A DNA stretch of 64,000 nt from an uncultured Gammaproteobacteria bacterium (GTDB lineage: Bacteria; Pseudomonadota; Gammaproteobacteria; Steroidobacterales; Rariloculaceae), in the NCBI GenBank assembly GCA_964465375.1, contig CAYXIJ010000014.1, positions 735-64,734 on the forward strand, written 5' to 3'. Positions 58,359 to 64,000 of this stretch are shown piece by piece. Below the pieces are notes generated by a model. The model saw only the letters and a list, made by a program, of their open reading frames with translations. It ran no database searches and was not told the origin of the DNA. The position numbers and the translations under genes are program-made. Numbering within the stretch: the stretch's first letter is position 1; each line of letters begins with the position of its first letter.

Positions 58359-59690
58359 ATGAAAATTACTGTTATGTCGAGCTCATTGCAAGACACGGCT
58401 TCCTACGCGGTCGAGTTGGCCCGCAGTCTAGGTGCTGATCAAGCAGAGGCCAGTGTAAGTTACAACGAGGGTTTGTCGGTGACAGTACGGCTGGGCGAAC
58501 TTGAGTCCGTCGAGCGTCAGCGTGACCGAGGGCTAGGAGTAACGGTTTACACCGATGGGCGAAAAGGGAGCGCAAGCACCTCAGATTTTTCGTCTAAAGC
58601 TGTCCAAGAAGTAGTGACAAGGGCAGCCAGCATCTCTCGGTTTACAAGCCAAGATGAGTTTTCTGGCCTGGCAGAGGCTAACTTGATGGCAACAACACCC
58701 AGCGATCTTGATCTATACCATCCATGGGATCTTGGTGTAGAGGCTGCTGAAACCTTGGCACTACGATCAGAGAATGCTGCTCGGGGTTTGGATGCGCGTA
58801 TTAAGAACTCTGAAGGAGCAACTATTTCAACTGAGGGGGGATTTCGCATGTATGCGAATAGTCATGGGTTCTGCAACGGTTACGCCACAACTTCTCACTC
58901 GCTCAGCTGTAGTGTGGTTGCCGATAACAATGATTCTCTAGAACGCGACTACTGGTACACAGTGTCGCGTTTTCCTGATGGGCTGGATACACCGGAGCAG
59001 GTCGGAGAAAGGGCCGCAGAGCGCGCCTTGGGCCGTCTGGGAGCCCGCCAACTGACTACTCAAGTCGTACCAGTACTTTTTCCTGCGGAATTAGCTAGGG
59101 GTTTGTTTGGTCACCTAATTGCTGCTATTCGTGGAAGCGCTCAATATCAACGAGCCTCTTTCTTGTTAAATGCGAGGGGTGAGCAGCTTTTTCCAGAATT
59201 TGTGGATATTGAGGAAGATCCGCTAATTCCTAGGGGATTGGCTAGCGCTGCATTTGATACCGAGGGGGTAGGCACCAACCGAAGGATGCTTGTAGAAAGG
59301 GGTATTCTTAGGGGATATGTACTTTCCAGCTATTCAGCACGTCGTTTGGGAGAACCAACTACAGCTAATGCGGGAGGGGTGCACAATTTAGTTGTGAGCC
59401 CGACAATTAATAAAATTAATGATCTAGTAACTGGTGTTGGTAAGGTTTTTGTTGTCCGTGAATTATTGGGTCAAGGCGTGAATATCGTAACTGGGGATTA
59501 TTCGCGCGGTGCAGCAGGATTCTGGATGAAAGATGGTGAGATTCAGTATCCTGTGAACGAAGTTACAATCGCAGGAAATCTTCGGGAATTGTTTCAGGGG
59601 ATTCAGGCTATTGGCGCTGACATCGATTTCCGTGGGACCGTTCGCTGCGGCTCAGTGTTAGTGGAGGGACTTACGGTAGCTGGAAAGTAA
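58359..59690 (+). CDS. pmbA: Metalloprotease partner PmbA/TldE
   Basis: LDLYHPW, ERDYWY, FDTEGV, GQGVNIVTGDYSRGA.GFW, EVTIAGNL. Confidence 0.96.
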   Translation: MKITVMSSSLQDTASYAVELARSLGADQAEASVSYNEGLSVTVRLGELESVERQRDRGLGVTVYTDGRKGSASTSDFSSKAVQEVVTRAASISRFTSQDEFSGLAEANLMATTPSDLDLYHPWDLGVEAAETLALRSENAARGLDARIKNSEGATISTEGGFRMYANSHGFCNGYATTSHSLSCSVVADNNDSLERDYWYTVSRFPDGLDTPEQVGERAAERALGRLGARQLTTQVVPVLFPAELARGLFGHLIAAIRGSAQYQRASFLLNARGEQLFPEFVDIEEDPLIPRGLASAAFDTEGVGTNRRMLVERGILRGYVLSSYSARRLGEPTTANAGGVHNLVVSPTINKINDLVTGVGKVFVVRELLGQGVNIVTGDYSRGAAGFWMKDGEIQYPVNEVTIAGNLRELFQGIQAIGADIDFRGTVRCGSVLVEGLTVAGK

Positions 59691-59713
59691 CCGGCTTGAG
59701 ATCCATCACTAGG

Positions 59714-60610
59714 TCAGTTGGCGGTTAAAAGATCCAGTGCTTCGTAGTATTTGGCTTGAGTATGTTTCACTACGATTTGGGGTAAATTTGGACCAGGCGC
59801 GAGCTTATTCCAATCTAGCGTTTCTAAGTAATCTCTAACGTATTGCTTGTCGAAACTTTGGGGCGATGCCCCAGGTTTGTAGCTTTCAACCGGCCAGAAG
59901 CGTGAGGAATCTGGAGTGAAAAGCTCGTCAATCAATACTAGCTTCCCATCGGGCTCAAGGCCGAATTCAAACTTGGTATCAGCGATGATAATACCTCGGT
60001 CATAGGCATATTCGGTAGCCTGTTTATACAGCTCAAGGGATATAGCCTCTACTTTTTGAGCCAGTTCATTGCCTATCAATTTATTAACAGTTTTCATGGA
60101 AATATTTTCATCATGGGCGCCAGGAGCAGCCTTTGTGCTGGGTGTAAAAATTGGCTCACGGAGTTGCTCAGCAAGTTCTAGTCCCTCTGGAAGTTTAACT
60201 CCACTAACGCTGCCGTTGGCGCAATAATCTTTCCAACCTGAGCCAATCAAATAACCTCGGACTACCGCTTCTACGGGAAGTGGACGCAGGCGCTTAACGA
60301 CTACAGCGCGATTTTGCATTCTAATTCGATCTTCAGCATTCTCTAAATGCTCTGCTGGGTCAGTGTGTGTTAAATGATTAGGAATAATAGGCTCCAAAAG
60401 GTTAAACCAAAAATTGGAGATAGCCGTTAGTACCTCTCCCTTGCCCGGTATAGGATCTGGAAGCACCACGTCAAATGCGGAAAGACGATCACTAGTAACA
60501 ATCAGAAGGCGTTTTTTGTCCAAGCCATAGATATCACGGACTTTCCCTCTAGCTAGAAGTTTTAAGCCACTCAAGTTAGATTCGAACAAGGCTTCAGTGA
60601 TAGGTACCAT
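59714..60610 (-). CDS. purC: SAICAR synthetase
   Basis: RGKVRDIY, SDRLSAFD, PIFTPSTKA, IIADTKFEFG, DELFTPDSSRFW; start ATG 60610 or TTG 60643. Confidence 0.97.
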   Translation of the reverse strand: MVPITEALFESNLSGLKLLARGKVRDIYGLDKKRLLIVTSDRLSAFDVVLPDPIPGKGEVLTAISNFWFNLLEPIIPNHLTHTDPAEHLENAEDRIRMQNRAVVVKRLRPLPVEAVVRGYLIGSGWKDYCANGSVSGVKLPEGLELAEQLREPIFTPSTKAAPGAHDENISMKTVNKLIGNELAQKVEAISLELYKQATEYAYDRGIIIADTKFEFGLEPDGKLVLIDELFTPDSSRFWPVESYKPGASPQSFDKQYVRDYLETLDWNKLAPGPNLPQIVVKHTQAKYYEALDLLTAN

Positions 60611-60679
60611 ATCAGTTGAACTAATTTTTGGGGATGGTGGCAATCATGCCGCCAAAACTGGTTGTTTGGCAACTGTCAT

Positions 60680-61468
60680 ATGCAGTGGATGGGAAAAGCT
60701 ATCGGAGGTGTGTTGGGCTACGCTGCTGCTGGTCCCGTCGGATCCCTATTAGGGATTTTTGTCGGACACCAATTTGATTTGGGTATTTTTCACCGGCTTG
60801 TGACCGGCACTCGTCCTAACTTTCGTTCACAGAAAACCCAACAGCTTTTTTTTGAAATTTCTTTTGCGACAATGGGACGCATTGCGAAAGTAGATGGGCG
60901 GGTTTCTGAAGAAGAAGTGCGTGCGGCCCGCAGAATTATGAGTGCGATGCGATTGACCTCAGAACAGGTGGGTGAAGCCATCAAGTATTTTACAGCAGGC
61001 AAACAGAAAGCTTACCCCATTAAAGAGCGAATCCAAGATCTTCACGCCATTATCGGAAATCAACGGGTTTTGGCCCGAGCTTTCGTAGAGATTCAAGTTC
61101 GGGCTCTCATTGCTGCCGGCTCAGTCCGGAAAAATCAAAGAGAGCTACTTTCTGAGATTGCTGGGGGGCTTGGTATTGGAAGTATTGAGTTGGCGCAGAT
61201 TGAAGTTTTAGTGCGCTCCCAATTTAATCGTGCCTCAGGGCAGTCAGACAGAGTTAGTCTTGAAGAGGCATATCATGTGTTGGGAGTTCTTTCCAGCGCT
61301 ACTGATAGAGAAATTAAGACTGCTTATCGACGGCTAATGAATCAGCATCATCCGGATAAACTTGTTGCACGCGGTTTACCAAAGTCAATGACTGAAGTGG
61401 CCGAGAAGAAAACTCAGGAGATTCGTGCTGCATATGAGCATATAAAGAGGAAGAGAAATATTAAATAA
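60680..61468 (+). CDS. djlA: Co-chaperone DjlA
   Basis: N-terminal W.GK..GG TM segment, AKVDGRVSE, C-terminal J domain with HHPDKL. Confidence 0.94.
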   Translation: MQWMGKAIGGVLGYAAAGPVGSLLGIFVGHQFDLGIFHRLVTGTRPNFRSQKTQQLFFEISFATMGRIAKVDGRVSEEEVRAARRIMSAMRLTSEQVGEAIKYFTAGKQKAYPIKERIQDLHAIIGNQRVLARAFVEIQVRALIAAGSVRKNQRELLSEIAGGLGIGSIELAQIEVLVRSQFNRASGQSDRVSLEEAYHVLGVLSSATDREIKTAYRRLMNQHHPDKLVARGLPKSMTEVAEKKTQEIRAAYEHIKRKRNIK

Positions 61469-61555
61469 CAATCAGATTTTTGATTTTTCTAGCTTAGTGA
61501 TTTTCTCATAGCTCGAAAGGAAAGAAATGATTGAGTATTGAATGTAGTAAAAAGT

Positions 61556-62194
61556 TTATATCCAGAGCGCAATGCGGCGCAAAATATTGCCTCCACAGGC
61601 CATTGCAAAGCGGACCGGAGCAGGCAATTTTGTTCCGCCAGCAAGTTGTGCTGTTGTTCCGTGATGCGCTTCATCGCTTGCCATACGCTTCAAAATAGCT
61701 GCGCTTTTTGTGTCAGTTTTGGGTAAGCGCTCGAGGTGATCCTCAATATGCGCCTCGACTTGTTTTTCTGTTTCTACAACAAATCCTAGGCTCACTGAGT
61801 CGCCTGGAGCCCCAGCTAGAATGCCTACGCAAAAGCTACCGAGGTACCAGAGGGGGTCAAGAAGACTTGATTTTCCTTCTAGTTGCGCAAGGCGTTCGGC
61901 GCACCAAGCGAGATGGTCCTGTTCTTCTGCTGCTGCCCCTAGAAGTTGGGCGCGAGTTTCTTTTGAGCGTGCCATAATAGCTTGCCCGCTATAAAGAGCT
62001 TGAGCAGAAATTTCTCCCGCATGGTTAACTCGCATTAACGCTATACTTTTTAGCCGATCATTAGGTTTTAGATTTGGATTGGGAAGTTTTTCAGCGGGGG
62101 ACAGGCGATTAGGCGTAGGTGGGGTAAGCAGCATTCGAATCGCCCGATCTAATTCCGAGACAAGCTGGTCCTGTAAACCTATTCGTCGATTCAT
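61556..62194 (-). CDS. coq7: Demethoxyubiquinone hydroxylase Coq7 (di-iron)
   Basis: LMRVNHAGE..AQALY.GQ, EEQDHLAWC, ETEKQVEAH, DEAHH. Confidence 0.94.
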   Translation of the reverse strand: MNRRIGLQDQLVSELDRAIRMLLTPPTPNRLSPAEKLPNPNLKPNDRLKSIALMRVNHAGEISAQALYSGQAIMARSKETRAQLLGAAAEEQDHLAWCAERLAQLEGKSSLLDPLWYLGSFCVGILAGAPGDSVSLGFVVETEKQVEAHIEDHLERLPKTDTKSAAILKRMASDEAHHGTTAQLAGGTKLPAPVRFAMACGGNILRRIALWI

Positions 62195-62249
62195 AAGCTG
62201 ATTATACTCGGCCGATTTTTTAAGTCAGTAATTTGCGAGAGCATTAGAA

Positions 62250-62954
62250 ATGTGGAAAACGACAACAATATTCATTCTCATCATTATTTGTCCAATTGCG
62301 TTTGGACAAGGAGTTGTCTTTGAGTCAGGTAGTGCGTCATTCGGTTATATAGCGACGAGCGGCAATACGGATAGTAATAGCTCGAACGCAGCCCTAAGCC
62401 TACTTTATGAATATCGTATCTGGGATTTCGAATTCGATCTATCTGCCGTAGGTGCCAGTATGGAGGATGAGACTACCGCAGAAGCTTATTCTTCAAGCCT
62501 TAAAACAAAGAGGGATCTCAATGGAGAAAATTATCTCTTTGGAGTCTTAGATTGGAATAAGGATCGATTTTCGGGTTATGAGCATCAAATTTCGGAGTCC
62601 TTTGGTTACGGACGCCAGTTAATCACCGGCGAGCGCCATCTGCTGAATGTTGAGTTTGGCATAGGTGCTCGTCAGGCTAATTTGCGAGGAGGCGTGAGCC
62701 GAGATGAGTCTATTTTACGCGGGTCTGCGGACTACAAATGGATTGTTAGTCAGACGTCTGAATTTACCCAAGATCTTATTGTTGAAAATGGTTCGAAAAA
62801 CACTTACGTTGAGTCTGTGTCGGCCCTTAAGGCGCAGGTCTTTGACAACATATCTCTTATTGTTTCATTTACCGTCAAGACCAACTCCGATGTCCCTAAG
62901 AGTAGCAAAAAGACTGATACATTTTCAGCCATTTCCCTCGAGTATGGTTTTTAG
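62250..62954 (+). CDS. DUF481/YdiY-family outer-membrane beta-barrel protein
   Basis: Signal peptide, GY.ATSGNT, DRFSGY..Q...GYG, C-terminal L.Y.F. Confidence 0.85.
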   Translation: MWKTTTIFILIIICPIAFGQGVVFESGSASFGYIATSGNTDSNSSNAALSLLYEYRIWDFEFDLSAVGASMEDETTAEAYSSSLKTKRDLNGENYLFGVLDWNKDRFSGYEHQISESFGYGRQLITGERHLLNVEFGIGARQANLRGGVSRDESILRGSADYKWIVSQTSEFTQDLIVENGSKNTYVESVSALKAQVFDNISLIVSFTVKTNSDVPKSSKKTDTFSAISLEYGF

Positions 62955-63114
62955 GAACCCGTAGAACAGTAATTTGATCGTTCTATGTTTCTGGATTGTT
63001 CTAGGTATGTAGCTCTAAATCCTACCCGGCAGAAAAGGTTGTGATTAATACCAATAGCCTATGGCCTGGATTCTTAAAGTACGCAGATATTTGCGCTGCC
63101 TACGATATTTGATC

Positions 63115-63143
63115 TTGCGCGACCTTTGTCTGGCCAGTAGTAT
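63115..63143 (+). promoter_or_regulatory. Putative sigma70 promoter of rplM-rpsI
   Basis: TTGCGC, 17-nt spacer, TAGTAT, about 50 nt upstream of rplM. Confidence 0.4.
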
Positions 63144-63193
63144 GCTCTTCCCTCATTGGCTCTCTGGTTGGAGCTCGGGGTTAGAAGCACAAT

Positions 63194-63622
63194 ATGAAGA
63201 CATTCTCTGCCAAACCACAAGAGGTTCAGTCCAGCTGGTATTTGGTTAATGCTGAGGGGCAAACGTTGGGACGCCTAGCATCTCAAATTGCGAGCCGCCT
63301 CAGGGGCAAACATAAGCCTGAGTACACGCCCCACGTGGATACTGGCGATTATATTGTCGTGGTCAATGCAGAAAAAATTCGTGTCACTGGGAACAAACTC
63401 AAAGATAAAATTTACTACAAGCACACTGGGTATATTGGTAACCTCAAGGAAGAGTCACTTGAGCATTTAATGCAGAGAGCTCCCGAGAAGGCTTTAGAAA
63501 GGGCTGTCAAAGGCATGCTTCCGAGAAATCCTATGGGTAGGCAAATGTTTAAGAAACTAAGAGTCTTTTCTGGTACTGAGCATCCTCATCGGGCACAGCA
63601 ACCGGTTCTTTTGGAGCTATAG
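63194..63622 (+). CDS. rplM: 50S ribosomal protein L13
   Basis: [37 protein letters not shown]. Confidence 0.98.
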   Translation: MKTFSAKPQEVQSSWYLVNAEGQTLGRLASQIASRLRGKHKPEYTPHVDTGDYIVVVNAEKIRVTGNKLKDKIYYKHTGYIGNLKEESLEHLMQRAPEKALERAVKGMLPRNPMGRQMFKKLRVFSGTEHPHRAQQPVLLEL

Positions 63623-64000
63623 ATGTCTAAGGAAATTTACTCTGGAACGGGCCGCCGAAAAACTTCTACTGCGCGCGTATTTTTAAGGCCAGGCAAAGGC
63701 GATATTCAGATTAACAATCGGCCTCTAGATGTGTTTTTCGGACGACAAACTGCACGCATGATAGTGCGACAGCCTTTGGAGTTAACAGAACTCGAGGGTA
63801 AGTTTGATATACATGTGAAGGTGCAGGGTGGCGGAATTACTGGGCAAGCCGGGGCCATTAGGCATGGCATTACTCGAGCGTTGATGAGGTATGATGAAAC
63901 GCTCCGAAGATCTTTACGAAAGGCCGGTTTTGTAACTCGCGATGCTCGAGAAGTTGAGCGCAAGAAGGTAGGGTTGCGAAAGGCTCGTAAGGCTACCCAG
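63623..64000 (+). CDS. rpsI: 30S ribosomal protein S9 (3'-truncated by window edge); not in the ORF track
   Basis: Translated by hand: [21 protein letters not shown]...[19 protein letters not shown]...[22 protein letters not shown]. Confidence 0.97.
   Translation, partial: MSKEIYSGTGRRKTSTARVFLRPGKGDIQINNRPLDVFFGRQTARMIVRQPLELTELEGKFDIHVKVQGGGITGQAGAIRHGITRALMRYDETLRRSLRKAGFVTRDAREVERKKVGLRKARKATQ

Noticed and set aside
62955-63193. Small ORFs or an sRNA between the DUF481 gene and rplM
   Set aside because: No motif support; adequately explained by the rplM promoter and leader

Overview
Housekeeping-dense window from a gammaproteobacterial chromosome. Protein signatures and gene neighbours ([10 protein letters not shown]-type S4, HIGNARP-type CysRS, purC-djlA, coq7 near rplM) suggest a Xanthomonadales/Steroidobacterales/Woeseiales-like lineage with a compacted, moderately AT-rich genome; this placement is inference. 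Bases 1-29.5 kb carry the fused nusG-rplKAJL-rpoBC-str-S10-spc-alpha cluster. Bases 29.6-64 kb carry a kinase/ICMT-methyltransferase/pepQ unit, ggt-trpS, uvrA/ssb, miaB-phoH-ybeY-corC-lnt, leuS, lptE, hisI, cysS-yidD-Trm112-holA-nadD-rsfS-rlmH, yhdP-tldD, purE, pmbA, purC, djlA, coq7, a DUF481 gene and rplM-rpsI. I saw no rRNA, tRNA, CRISPR array or mobile element. Best leads: (1) a 240-nt multi-hairpin, possibly switch-like element between rpsJ and rplC, while other autoregulatory spacers have shrunk to almost nothing; (2) an inverted, non-proteobacterial-type leuS at the usual leuS position; (3) a coupled kinase plus membrane methyltransferase pair that may form a phosphorylate-then-methylate envelope module; (4) a HisI lacking one Zn-ligand Cys, divergent from cysS; (5) an orphan PurE with His-to-Ala in the AAHLPG loop. 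All calls come from motif recognition by eye; no searches were run.
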